A stretch of DNA of 60,955 nucleotides, counting the filler. It is 7 parts of 7 records of this genome, joined end to end, with 100 filler letters (N's around TTAATTAATTAA, not from the genome) between each part and the next. Parts side by side here need not be neighbours in the genome. Positions count along the whole stretch, not along the records: positions 1 to 11,900 come from SRR2962707_4994; 6 more parts are not named here. One strand, given 5' to 3'. This document shows positions 1-9,780 of this stretch, one piece after another. The notes beneath the pieces were generated by a model, which was given only the letters and a program-made list of their open reading frames with translations, was not told the origin of the DNA and did not search any database. How positions within the stretch are numbered: the stretch's first letter is position 1; every line of letters starts with the position of its first letter. The translations under genes were made by a program, and so were the position numbers.

Positions 1-36
1 GGCTGTCTACAAAAAATCGGTAAAAAGTACAACAGG
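1..36. repeat. Candidate Tn3-family terminal inverted repeat (one end, possibly clipped)
   Basis: GGCTGTCTACAAAAAATCGGTAAAAAGTACAACAGG lies about 40 bp past the tnpA stop and resembles Tn21/Tn501-type IRs (GG...TCGG-A-tract-GTAC...AG). No matching second IR was seen. Confidence 0.4.
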
Positions 37-77
37 TTGATATTCAATAACTTATATATTTCTTCTGCTTACTACTT

Positions 78-3000
78 TTAAGCCACTACCTTATATTTCA
101 ATAAATTCTCCAAATCAAACATCTTTGAGGGCTCACTTATTATGTCGAGATCATACTCTCCGTGTATATTTATATGCTTCCATGATATTACATGGTTTGA
201 AGAAATTGCATTTATTACCTCTAAAGCCTGCTTCTCATTCATTGCAGATAGTCTCTTTGTAAGTTCTAGGTAATTCCAAAGGACAATTACATTTTGGATT
301 AAGGTTCTACAACCAAGGGCTATTTCCTGCTCTGACTTCTCACCAACTCTAAACTCCTGATTATCACCAAACCAAACATCCTTAGCGAACTTATGCCACA
401 GTTCCCCTTTGTTAAGTTGCTTCTGCATTCTAGATCTTAGATCCGATTCATCGTAGTATTTAAGAAGAAATAGAGATTTATGTATTCGCCCCAATTCTTT
501 AAGTGCCTTATATAATGGGTGACTTTGAGAGTAAGAACTCAGCCTTCTAAGTATAACTGAAGCTTTAACATGTTTGATTTTGATGGATACTAGTAATCTT
601 AATATGTTATCCCATTGATCTTCAATGATTTTGACATTTATATATTTAGAATTGTCGGGAAGAATTCGATAGCCTTTATTTTCATAATGCCCCCTCTTTC
701 TATTCTTGAATGTGTACATAATTTGATCCCCAGCAATTCGAGGCGCAAACACAATACCAATTGAGTAGCATATGCCACAGAGTATTTCCGTATAGCCATG
801 CGTATCTGTGCTATGGATCGTACTTTCTACTTCTTCATTATCTAGTAATCCATCAATAACATATGTAGCCTCCCTCTCTGTTGGACTTATAATAGTATCA
901 TAAAATACTCGACTATACTCATCGATAAAGCTATAGGCTGTCACTCCTTTACCTCTACCAAAGTACTTATATGAATGACTTGCATGTATCGAAGGAACAG
1001 ATACTCCAAATTTTTGCCCGTCACTTGATGTATGTAACTCGTCAACGGAAGCCTTAAAGTGCTGGGGTACAGAAAGCTTATCTATAACACTTAAAATGCG
1101 ATTTCTTGCTTCGTTAATATTTTCTTTCGAAAAATACCAACGAGCTGTGTTCTCAAGTTTTTCTGCATTTAGTCCATGGGTTATTCGACCCATTTTCCTA
1201 ACACCAATATTACAACCTAATCCAATTATTGCAGCAAATATCACCTGCACCTCAGGAGTTTCATGACCACCTTTCATAGCAAAATGTGTAAAGCATTCTG
1301 TAAAATCAGTCGCATCCTGAATGTCTGAAAGAACCTTTACTAATGGGACTACTTCATCCTTGTTTAGGAGGTTGTCAATTATCTCTGATCCTAAATCCTC
1401 AGCCTTGTCATTGGTCACAAAAGGCTTTCCATTCTTCCTAAACTTCAAGTTATCATTCTCAGAAAGGTTTTGATTTGTTTTCTCATACTGTTCATCCAAT
1501 TTTTTTTCGAGTGATATTATTACATCAGTAAAGTCTCTTAAATGTGACAAGTTTACTTTTTCTAAAAGGTATTCTTTATCCCTCTCCCAGGTTTCATCAT
1601 CAATCATATAATCATTGATAGATCTGTAATCATTGGAGTACTTTAGATTTAGTGATCCCGATTTGATATGGAATGCTGATTCATTGAATAAGAGCGATCT
1701 GTAAATCTTATTATTTATTTGGCTGCTACTGTGAGTTTGGACGTACTTACCCTGACTAGAGTTAAGGAATCCTATTGGTGCACTAGATCCTAAGTTTCCA
1801 TCTTTATATTGAAAGTGTTCAACAGCTCGGTAGATCTCTTTCTCAGAAGTTTTACCATCAAACTTCAATGAAAGAACAATATCCTTTAATCTTCTAGCAA
1901 GCTTGATTGAACCCTCTTCTACTTTAGAGTAGAACATTTCATCTTTCAATTTAGTAGATACTGTAAGCTCAAGTTGTTCGAGCTCCTTTTTAATTGTTTC
2001 TACCACATCGGGACGACTTCTTATTACATTGAGTGCCGCGACAATTCGTTCTTCTGCAGAAGATCTGTTCTCAATCAGAATAGATTCTACTTCCTTTAGT
2101 TTATCCGACCTACTAATACTTCTTATCAGTCTATTTTTGGATTCACTGACATGTTTTGCTGGTGTAGTTTTTTGTTCTAGGAAATCCTTACTTACTTGGC
2201 TATTTATATCTGAAATGAATTTTCTTGTGGTCTTTATCAATATTTCGACAAACAAATCCTGCCTCATTCGATATTGATATACAATTAGTGAAAGTAGATA
2301 TAAGTACTTTTTTGATTTATCCTGCATCGAATTGAACTGGGGTTGCTCAGCAATAATCATCCATTTGGCATAGTAGTTAACCAATGCGTCGGTGATTTCT
2401 ACATTTTGAAACAAAGACTCAAATCGGGTAAATACTTCCTCAATTATCTTGAATTGGATAATGTCTTCTCTAATTTTGGAAACCTTTAGATCTTGATTGG
2501 GTTTCTTCAGAGTGGTTATTAAATATGGATTGCTAGGGCTTATATCACCTTCACCAACAGGTAGTTGAATAAAATCTTCTAGATATTCCTTATCCTCTTC
2601 AGAAAGCAAATCATTTAACCGATCAATAAAGCTCTGTTCAACTTGATTTAATGATTGAGTAATAATGGAAGCGATAGCTCCGTAAAGTGGAATTTCAATC
2701 TTTTCATTAAGCAAATAGTTAACTAAGTAGTAAAAGATCTGCTTTGGCTTAAGAGCTTTATTAACTAGACTAATAGCTTCCTCGGAAATCTTTTCGCGAT
2801 TTTCCTTAAACTCCTGAAATCCGTAGTAATCAAGTATCTGCCTCTTATGGCTAAGCCTCGTAGCCTTTTTATACCAGTCCCCTCCTTGATTTAAATAGTC
2901 TGAAGGATTTAAGCCTAAGAGAGTGCAACAAAAAATAAGATCCTCTTTGTGAAATCTTTCTGGGAGGAAGAACTTGTAACTACTTAAAAAGTATCCTCTT

Positions 3001-3161
3001 TGAAGAATGAAACCCAATAAGGCATTCTTCTGAGTAAAATCATCGGGATTCCTTCCAAGTAAGTTTAATTCGAAATAGTTTCCTTTCTCTTTTTTAGAGA
3101 TAGTTCCAGGTGAGTTAAATTCTTCAATTTCAGAATTTCTTAAAATTTTAATGTAAGCCAT
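78..3161 (-). CDS. tnpA: Tn3-family DDE transposase
   Basis: 1027 aa with Tn3 catalytic motifs HTSSDGQKF, STDTHGYTE and QLNKGE, plus LKELGRIHKSLF and WKHINIHGEY. Confidence 0.95.
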   Translation of the reverse strand: MAYIKILRNSEIEEFNSPGTISKKEKGNYFELNLLGRNPDDFTQKNALLGFILQRGYFLSSYKFFLPERFHKEDLIFCCTLLGLNPSDYLNQGGDWYKKATRLSHKRQILDYYGFQEFKENREKISEEAISLVNKALKPKQIFYYLVNYLLNEKIEIPLYGAIASIITQSLNQVEQSFIDRLNDLLSEEDKEYLEDFIQLPVGEGDISPSNPYLITTLKKPNQDLKVSKIREDIIQFKIIEEVFTRFESLFQNVEITDALVNYYAKWMIIAEQPQFNSMQDKSKKYLYLLSLIVYQYRMRQDLFVEILIKTTRKFISDINSQVSKDFLEQKTTPAKHVSESKNRLIRSISRSDKLKEVESILIENRSSAEERIVAALNVIRSRPDVVETIKKELEQLELTVSTKLKDEMFYSKVEEGSIKLARRLKDIVLSLKFDGKTSEKEIYRAVEHFQYKDGNLGSSAPIGFLNSSQGKYVQTHSSSQINNKIYRSLLFNESAFHIKSGSLNLKYSNDYRSINDYMIDDETWERDKEYLLEKVNLSHLRDFTDVIISLEKKLDEQYEKTNQNLSENDNLKFRKNGKPFVTNDKAEDLGSEIIDNLLNKDEVVPLVKVLSDIQDATDFTECFTHFAMKGGHETPEVQVIFAAIIGLGCNIGVRKMGRITHGLNAEKLENTARWYFSKENINEARNRILSVIDKLSVPQHFKASVDELHTSSDGQKFGVSVPSIHASHSYKYFGRGKGVTAYSFIDEYSRVFYDTIISPTEREATYVIDGLLDNEEVESTIHSTDTHGYTEILCGICYSIGIVFAPRIAGDQIMYTFKNRKRGHYENKGYRILPDNSKYINVKIIEDQWDNILRLLVSIKIKHVKASVILRRLSSYSQSHPLYKALKELGRIHKSLFLLKYYDESDLRSRMQKQLNKGELWHKFAKDVWFGDNQEFRVGEKSEQEIALGCRTLIQNVIVLWNYLELTKRLSAMNEKQALEVINAISSNHVISWKHINIHGEYDLDIISEPSKMFDLENLLKYKVVA

Positions 3162-3187
3162 CTCATTAGAGATTTGTTGATACTCAT

Positions 3188-3823
3188 CTAAGTTAAAGAA
3201 TTAGTTGTTGAATTCATTTGATCCTTTACCTTCTTAATCGTGTTTGGTGAACACTTACATAATTTCTGAATCTCCCTAGATGAATAGCCTTTCGATAAAT
3301 ACTTCTGGATATCCATATGTTTTGAAAGAAACTTATCGACTGATTCCACTGATCCGATCTTTCTACCAGTAGTAAGTCCTTTTGCCTTCCGAGACCTTAT
3401 TCCTGATTTGATTCTATAGCTCATTTGTTCACTTTCGAGCCTAGCCAGGTCTGCCATTATTGTGACTATCAATTTAGTAAATATTTCGCTGGACGAATCT
3501 GATTTGTTTATAGTTGTTCCCAGGTTATGTATATATATAGCTACTGATTTTTTTTTAAGTTCTTCAATAAGTCCGAGAACTTCATGAGTATTCCTTCCAA
3601 GTCTTGAAACTTCTGAGACCATGATACATTCAATGTTTTTAGAATCAACAAATGCTAATGCCTTCTGAAGAACTGGACGCTCATTGATAGAAACCGAAAA
3701 TCCAGATATCTTTTCTGAGAAGACCTTAATAATCTCAAAGTCTTTGAGAGACTTCATATCGTTAACCTGTCTTAAGGTTGATTGATCCTTGGTTGAAACT
3801 CTTGTGTATAGAATTGCTTTCAT
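3188..3823 (-). CDS. tnpR: Serine recombinase/resolvase
   Basis: YTRVSTKDQ (catalytic Ser), VSEVSRLGRN and a C-terminal HTH. Confidence 0.92.
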   Translation of the reverse strand: MKAILYTRVSTKDQSTLRQVNDMKSLKDFEIIKVFSEKISGFSVSINERPVLQKALAFVDSKNIECIMVSEVSRLGRNTHEVLGLIEELKKKSVAIYIHNLGTTINKSDSSSEIFTKLIVTIMADLARLESEQMSYRIKSGIRSRKAKGLTTGRKIGSVESVDKFLSKHMDIQKYLSKGYSSREIQKLCKCSPNTIKKVKDQMNSTTNSLT

Positions 3824-4027
3824 GTTATCTTTTAAAGACTAGCTAAAATAGTATCTATTTTTAAAGCTAATGATAAAGGAATTGGTCAAACATCAAAAAA
3901 ATGATAACATTATTTATTTAATAACATCTAATAAAGAAAATTATATATTATGAATACCAATTAATAAAGTACAAGAATGACAAACTGAGCCTACAATCTC
4001 CTTTTAATTTACGATTTTAAAATATAT

Positions 4028-4050
4028 GTTTAGACATATTTTGTCTAAAC
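4028..4050. promoter_or_regulatory. Perfect 9-bp inverted repeat, candidate operator (probably MarR)
   Basis: GTTTAGACA-TATTT-TGTCTAAAC, about 57 bp upstream of the first ATG of the operon. Confidence 0.55.
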
Positions 4051-4107
4051 TTTTAATTAGATTCACTTATTAATATTTAATTAATCAACACTTAAATCCA
4101 GAAAGAA

Positions 4108-4458
4108 ATGAGTTTAAAAGAAAAAATTGAAGACCTGAATGAGATGATTTTGTCCGGACAAATGATGGAGGCTTTTGAAAAACACTACCATACCGATGTT
4201 TCTATGCAAGAAAATAGTCAACCACCGACAATTGGAAAAGATGCTAACAGGGAACGTGAAATTGAGTCAATGGGAAATATTGAAACATTCCATGGCGCAG
4301 AAGTAAAAAGTGTTGCGATTGGAGACGATGTGACTATGGTAGAATGGGAAATGGATGTGACCTATAAAGGAGCGCCTCGGATGACCATGTGCCAAGTAGC
4401 TGTCCAAAGGTGGCAGGATGGACAGATAATCCATGAACGATTTTATTATTCTTCTTAA
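4108..4458 (+). CDS. SnoaL-like / NTF2-fold protein
   Basis: 116 aa; pattern MEAFEKHYH..V.MQEN..PT.GK.AN..RE and VAVQRWQDGQIIHERFYY. Confidence 0.85.
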   Translation: MSLKEKIEDLNEMILSGQMMEAFEKHYHTDVSMQENSQPPTIGKDANREREIESMGNIETFHGAEVKSVAIGDDVTMVEWEMDVTYKGAPRMTMCQVAVQRWQDGQIIHERFYYSS

Positions 4459-4534
4459 TATGAAAGAGCTTTCATATAGATATTCAACTTTTTACTTATA
4501 GCATGATTTGAAAACTATCTAAAACCAATAAACG

Positions 4535-5167
4535 ATGAAAATGAAAACCAGATTGATCGCAAGCTTACTTATCCTAGGGCTATTTGCGTGTAACAATTCA
4601 AACAAAAATGAGTCTTCTGACTCTAGGGAACAAGTAGCAAATGAAGACACAGTCACCTCAGTTTCTTACGCAATTGACACAACCAGTTTTGTAAACTGGA
4701 AGGGTAGCATGATTGGCGTATATGCCCATGAAGGAACTATCGGCTTCAAAGAAGGATCACTCACAATTACAGGTGGCATTGTGTCTGAGGGTGCCTTTAT
4801 CGTGGACATGTCATCAATGGTCACTACGGATGATGATGCGTTGTATGAAATGGCTCCTCGTGAAAAGTTGATCGGGCACCTTCAGTCTGATGACTTTTTT
4901 AGCGTAGAGACTTTTCCAACAGCGAGTTTTACGGTAAAAAGTGCCACAGAAGGTTCAATCACCGGAGATCTGACCATTAAAGGGGTAACAAATGAAGAGA
5001 CGGTTACGAATGTTTCCATAGATGAAGACGGAGGAAAGCTAAGTGCAAGCGGAAATCTAACTTTTGACCGTCAGATCTATGGGATTTCATATAAAAACAC
5101 AATGGGAGACATGGTCCTGGCAGATGAAATTGAGCTTCGCATTGAACTTTTAGCTACAAAAAAATAG
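4535..5167 (+). CDS. YceI-family lipoprotein (polyisoprenoid/lipid binding)
   Basis: Lipobox LFAC; motifs LIGHLQSDDFFSVETFPTASF and GDLTIKGVT. Confidence 0.9.
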   Translation: MKMKTRLIASLLILGLFACNNSNKNESSDSREQVANEDTVTSVSYAIDTTSFVNWKGSMIGVYAHEGTIGFKEGSLTITGGIVSEGAFIVDMSSMVTTDDDALYEMAPREKLIGHLQSDDFFSVETFPTASFTVKSATEGSITGDLTIKGVTNEETVTNVSIDEDGGKLSASGNLTFDRQIYGISYKNTMGDMVLADEIELRIELLATKK

Positions 5168-5186
5168 TATCTAATCATTAGTTAAT

Positions 5187-5558
5187 ATGGAAACAAAACA
5201 ATTATCAAAAAGCAGAAAGTTAACCAGCTGGATCATAGCTGGTTTATTAACATCTCTCTTCCTTTATAGCGCATCGGGCAAATTTATTGCCCCAGAAATG
5301 ACAGAGATGTTTGAGGCATTTGGGTTATCAAAATGGATTACGATTATTGCCATTGGTGAAATAATTTCTACAATCCTTTTTCTCTTTCCCAAAACCAACA
5401 TTTTTGGTTCATTCCTCTTGAGTTCATATATGGGAGGTGCCATAGTGGCACACATGAGTATTGGTGATTCTTTTCTAGTGCAATCTGTAGTCCTAATATT
5501 GGTTTGGGCTGTGGCTTTTTTGAGGAATCCAGAGCTATTGGCTAGTTTCAAAAATTAA
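5187..5558 (+). CDS. DoxX-family membrane protein
   Basis: Four hydrophobic segments; SASGKF, IGE and YMGGAIVAH. Confidence 0.85.
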   Translation: METKQLSKSRKLTSWIIAGLLTSLFLYSASGKFIAPEMTEMFEAFGLSKWITIIAIGEIISTILFLFPKTNIFGSFLLSSYMGGAIVAHMSIGDSFLVQSVVLILVWAVAFLRNPELLASFKN

Positions 5559-5559
5559 C

Positions 5560-6216
5560 ATGAACATTGCAATTTTCGGAGCTACAGGAAGAACTGGCAT
5601 TCATCTGGTAGATGAAGCCGTTTCTTTAGGCCATCATCCTGTTTGCCTGGTGCGTGACGAATCTTCTTCAAAACTATCTTCGAAGAAGTTGTCCATCATA
5701 TCCGGGTCACCACTTGAATATGAAGATGTCTTGAAAACCATTGATGGTTGTGAGGCGGTATTTTGTGCGCTAAACATTGCTCGAGTATCTGATAATCCCT
5801 GGTCGAAAGTTGTTTCACCTCAGAACCTTTTAGAACAGTCCATGTCCAATATTGTGAGGGTAATGAAAGAGAAAGGGATTAAAAGGATATTGACTGTGTC
5901 TGCCTGGGGAGTGGCGGATAGCTATGAAGAAACCAACTGGATGTTTAAACTATTGATCAACAAAACCAATGTAGGCACTGCTTATAGGGGGCATGAGCAA
6001 CAGGAAAAAATCCTGAAGGAGAGCGACCTGGAGTGGACGTCTGTGAGACCTGTCGGATTAACAAATAGTCTTAAACATAAACCAACACGTGTAAGCATAG
6101 ATGGTTCAAAAAAACTTCGCATGACAATTGGAAGAAAGGACGTAGCTAAGTTTATGCTGAGTATCTTAAAAGATGAGCAATATTTTAAGAAAGCTCCTAG
6201 TATTTCAAACGATTAA
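5560..6216 (+). CDS. NAD(P)H-binding oxidoreductase (biliverdin/flavin reductase-like atypical SDR)
   Basis: GATGRTG Rossmann motif; WTSVRP and IGRKDVAKFML. Confidence 0.88.
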   Translation: MNIAIFGATGRTGIHLVDEAVSLGHHPVCLVRDESSSKLSSKKLSIISGSPLEYEDVLKTIDGCEAVFCALNIARVSDNPWSKVVSPQNLLEQSMSNIVRVMKEKGIKRILTVSAWGVADSYEETNWMFKLLINKTNVGTAYRGHEQQEKILKESDLEWTSVRPVGLTNSLKHKPTRVSIDGSKKLRMTIGRKDVAKFMLSILKDEQYFKKAPSISND

Positions 6217-6220
6217 GATG

Positions 6221-6262
6221 AGGGCAGCTCAGAAATTTTGATCTTTTTGAGCTGTCTTCTTT
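6221..6262 (+). terminator. Imperfect hairpin, possible terminator or processing stem
   Basis: AGGGCAGCTCAGAAA...TTTTTGAGCTGTCTT followed by CTTT. Confidence 0.35.
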
Positions 6263-6296
6263 CATTTACTACATAATTGAATAGGACATTAAGCTT

Positions 6297-6776
6297 ATGA
6301 ATAAATTGGAATTAACCTCCTATAGGCCAGGAGAGAAACCCAAAACCACCCCCACAAACCCTCATACACAGTTAGATCAGCAGCCTGAGGATTTATCCTT
6401 TATAGAAGAGTTAAATAAATGGGCCTTTTCCCTCCCATATATCTCTAGGGAACAAAGCAGAATTTCGGTACCCGGAGCTCAAGCTATGTGCTTACCCCAT
6501 GATAAAAGTTGTCAGCACTGCAATGCGTTTATGGTAGGTACTGAATTTGCGCATTTTCATCCCTATCCGGATTATAGCATGCACCTAAGTCTGCCAGAAA
6601 ATGACGTAAAAGAAGTCATCTACAAGGGATGGGGTGAAATGCACCCTGTTGTGTACAAGGGTTGGCTTCCACCAAATTTCATTATGCTTTATGCTCCCAG
6701 AAACAATGAAGAATTGGAGGTAGCCAAAATCATCCTTACACAATCATATAATTTCGCCCTTGGGAATAATGATTAG
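6297..6776 (+). CDS. Luciferase-domain (DUF5519-like) protein, related to fungal luciferase Luz
   Basis: Motifs PKTTPTNPHTQLDQ, EFAHFHPYPDYSMHLSLP, GWGEMHP and LYAPRNNEELEV. Confidence 0.75.
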   Translation: MNKLELTSYRPGEKPKTTPTNPHTQLDQQPEDLSFIEELNKWAFSLPYISREQSRISVPGAQAMCLPHDKSCQHCNAFMVGTEFAHFHPYPDYSMHLSLPENDVKEVIYKGWGEMHPVVYKGWLPPNFIMLYAPRNNEELEVAKIILTQSYNFALGNND

Positions 6777-6796
6777 TTAGATTAAAAAGACTTATA

Positions 6797-7243
6797 GTGA
6801 GATTAGAAGACGAAATAAAAAGTAGCTTTAGAAACGATTATCACAAGGCTCTTGTCAACCTATACTATACCAATAGTGTTATCGGGCAAAAATTTTTTAA
6901 GCTAATCAACAAGCATGGGTTAGCCACCCCGCAGTTCAACGTACTCAGAATTCTAAAAGGCCAGTATCCTAAGGCTGCCACTATTGGACTTATAAAAGAG
7001 AGAATGGTTGATAAAAACTCCGATGCTAGTAGAATTGTGGACAGGCTTCACAAAAAAGAGTTAATAAGTCGTACAGAGAGCCAAACTGACCGTAGACAAA
7101 AGGAAGTAATTATTACTCAAAGAGGATTGGATTTACTTAAGAAAATGTCTTTTTGCGAGGAACAGGAAGATGCTATCCTGTCTAATTTGAACACCCAAGA
7201 GGTTCAACAGCTAAACGCCCTGTTAGACAAGATCAGATCATAA
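6797..7243 (+). CDS. MarR-family transcriptional regulator
   Basis: QFNVLRILKG, SDASRIVDRL and DRRQKEVIITQRG; GTG start. Confidence 0.93.
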   Translation: MRLEDEIKSSFRNDYHKALVNLYYTNSVIGQKFFKLINKHGLATPQFNVLRILKGQYPKAATIGLIKERMVDKNSDASRIVDRLHKKELISRTESQTDRRQKEVIITQRGLDLLKKMSFCEEQEDAILSNLNTQEVQQLNALLDKIRS

Positions 7244-7250
7244 CACTATC

Positions 7251-8156
7251 ATGGATCGGTCCACTTTTTTGAAACTATCAATTATAGGAACTATGGGTGC
7301 AACCACATACGGGTTAAAGGGATTTGCAAAGTCGATCCAAGATATGAAGCGTACTGGTCAAGTGTTACCTGTATTGTTTACATCTCACGGAAACCCAATG
7401 GATATACCAATACCAGCTTATGGGAATCCATTCACCTCCTATTTGGGAGATACTGGAAAGCAGATCAGGGAAAAATATAAAGTAAATGCTATTTTGGTCG
7501 TTTCCGCTCATTGGTGCACGAATGGTACCTACGTAAATACATCACCATGGCCTAAAACGCTTTATGACTATTATGGTTTCCCTGCAAACTATTATACCGA
7601 AAAGTATCCCGCACCGGGAGCACCAGAAATCGCAAAAGAGATAGCTTCCAATATTTCTACTATTAATGAAACTACAGACTGGGGTTTTGATCATGGCAAC
7701 TGGCCCATGCTGAAGCATCTTTTTCCCAAAGCCGATGTTCCTGTTTTTCAATTGAGTATTGACTATTACAAGCCACCACAATATCATTATGATCTCGCAT
7801 TACAGTTGAAGAAGTATCGAAAAAAAGGAGTGTTGATTATTGGAAGCGGTGCACTGGTACATAATCTTCAATTGGCGATGGCAAAAATGCAAAGGAGAGA
7901 TACCAAACTATACGGTTGGGAAATGGAGTTTGACAGTTGGATTAAACAGCGAATTGATGCAAGGGACTTGAAAAGCATCATTAACTATGAAAAGAATAAA
8001 CTGGGTCTGTTAGCAGCTCCGACACCTGATCATTATGTTCCGCTGATCTACTCAATGGCACTGACTGATAGTGGAGATGAAATTATACATACTTATTCAG
8101 AAATGCTTCCCGGATTTAGTAACAGAAGTTTTATAATCGAGGCAGTGGATACGTAA
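7251..8156 (+). CDS. DODA/YgiD-type (LigB-fold) extradiol ring-cleavage dioxygenase
   Basis: SHGNPM, VSAHW, GFDHG, GSGALVHNL and PTPDHYVPL; N-terminal DRSTFLK leader. Confidence 0.92.
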   Translation: MDRSTFLKLSIIGTMGATTYGLKGFAKSIQDMKRTGQVLPVLFTSHGNPMDIPIPAYGNPFTSYLGDTGKQIREKYKVNAILVVSAHWCTNGTYVNTSPWPKTLYDYYGFPANYYTEKYPAPGAPEIAKEIASNISTINETTDWGFDHGNWPMLKHLFPKADVPVFQLSIDYYKPPQYHYDLALQLKKYRKKGVLIIGSGALVHNLQLAMAKMQRRDTKLYGWEMEFDSWIKQRIDARDLKSIINYEKNKLGLLAAPTPDHYVPLIYSMALTDSGDEIIHTYSEMLPGFSNRSFIIEAVDT

Positions 8157-8213
8157 TAGATTCAACCTTGATACCTTTTAATGACCAAGTTTTAACCTTT
8201 AATATTTTAAATA

Positions 8214-8645
8214 ATGGAACAAAAGGAGATTTTCGATCTTCTAAAAAAAGGAATAGAAGATTTAATGCCGGCCAACAAGATTTTAGGGCTACAGATAGAG
8301 GAGTTAAAGGAAGGTTTCGCATTAATAAAAGTTCCCTTCAAAGATGAGTTCATCGGTGATTTTTTGCAAGAAAGATGGCATGGCGGCATACTTGCGTCCA
8401 TAGCCGATACTGCAGGGGGAATTGCTGGAGCAACTATGCTCAGTGCTATGTCGGATAGAATTAATACAGTGGACATGCGCATAGACTATCTACATGGCGC
8501 TAAAAAGGGGGATGTAAAGGCGACTGCAAAAGTGATAAAGAATGGAAAGACCATTGTTAAAGTAGATATACAATTATTTCAAGATCAAGAAGATGATCCC
8601 ATAGCCGTTGCACGATGTGTGTATAGTGTTTTAAAATCAAAATAG
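8214..8645 (+). CDS. PaaI-family hotdog-fold thioesterase
   Basis: WHGGILASIADTAGG and TVDMRIDYL. Confidence 0.9.
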   Translation: MEQKEIFDLLKKGIEDLMPANKILGLQIEELKEGFALIKVPFKDEFIGDFLQERWHGGILASIADTAGGIAGATMLSAMSDRINTVDMRIDYLHGAKKGDVKATAKVIKNGKTIVKVDIQLFQDQEDDPIAVARCVYSVLKSK

Positions 8646-8901
8646 CTGGAAAAAGACTGAGAAATCGGGAGGTATTTTTTTAATTCAATATCTATTCTAC
8701 TCCCTAGTAACGAAAGAACACAAATAGAATAGGTATCGGAATCTTTCTGATCAGCAGGTTGAGTTGATACCTAAAGGTTTTCTAGTTCGAGATTCTCATG
8801 AATAACATTTTAAGATGAAGCACACGACATAATGTTAGGTTTAAGGTCTTTATAAATTTAATTTTAATTCATGTACTTTGAATTAAATTGATGATATCCC
8901 A

Positions 8902-9780
8902 ATGAAACCTGTTCCGAACTATTTAGAGTACGGTGAAAAATCGTTAAATCATTTAACAGATTATTTTTCAATAAAAACGATTCAAAGCCTGGCACAAACA
9001 GTAAAGGTACTTGAACCTCATTGTCATAGTCTTTTGTACCAGCTTGTATGGATATCTGAAGGAAAGTACATCGTAACTATTGACGATGAGAAACATGAAA
9101 TTCAAGGCAGTCAATTCTTACTGCTTTACCCAAACACTATACATGCAACAAATTTTGCTGAAACTCTTCGGGGTTATTCAGTCCACTTCAGTGCAGATTT
9201 TTTTGAAATCCATTCTGACAATAACAGCCACCTTGCCAGAATTATCAAACATAATATTCCTAATAGGTTCTTGATTGTAAAAATGAATGAAGAAACTGCT
9301 GAGGAAGTTGAAGGCCTTTTTTCCCGTATGAGTGATACCTACAATAGCGGCTCGTTTCTGAAAGATGAAATTCTTCGATCTTACTTAAACCTCGCCCTAT
9401 TAAGGTTATACGAATTTCATGACCAACCTGCTAGTAATGCAGATTACTCCTCCTCCCAAACTATCGTCAATAGGTTTTTTCAAGCTGTTGAAGAACACTT
9501 TAAAGCCAAAAAGAGTGTGGCAGAGTATGCACATAGTTTAAACATTTCAGAAGGACACCTTAATCATGTGGTAAAAGGTGAAACCGGATACCCAGCCGGC
9601 CAAATCATTCGTGAACGACTTCTGCATGAAGCTCAAAGATTACTCATCTATTCTGATCAAACTGTTTCAGAAATTGCCTATCAATTAAACTTCAATCATC
9701 CAACCTACTTTTTTAGGATGTTTAAGAAGTACACAGGAAGCACTCCCAAAAATTTCAGAAATAGTTATCAAAAAAGATAG
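8902..9780 (+). CDS. AraC-family regulator (cupin plus double HTH)
   Basis: PHCHSLLYQLVW cupin; VSEIAYQLNFNHPTYFFRMFKKYTGSTPKNFR. Confidence 0.93.
   Translation: MKPVPNYLEYGEKSLNHLTDYFSIKTIQSLAQTVKVLEPHCHSLLYQLVWISEGKYIVTIDDEKHEIQGSQFLLLYPNTIHATNFAETLRGYSVHFSADFFEIHSDNNSHLARIIKHNIPNRFLIVKMNEETAEEVEGLFSRMSDTYNSGSFLKDEILRSYLNLALLRLYEFHDQPASNADYSSSQTIVNRFFQAVEEHFKAKKSVAEYAHSLNISEGHLNHVVKGETGYPAGQIIRERLLHEAQRLLIYSDQTVSEIAYQLNFNHPTYFFRMFKKYTGSTPKNFRNSYQKR

Larger units (their letters stand above)
1..3960 (-). mobile_element. Tn3-family transposition module (tnpR-tnpA co-oriented); far boundary not determined
   Basis: Serine resolvase directly upstream of a 1027-aa Tn3 transposase, with an IR-like end at the contig start and an AT-rich region upstream of tnpR that could hold res. 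Confidence 0.8.

Noticed and set aside
3824-4020. Exact resolvase res subsites
   Set aside because: The region is AT-rich with short repeats (ATAACAT twice), but I cannot define the subsites reliably by eye.
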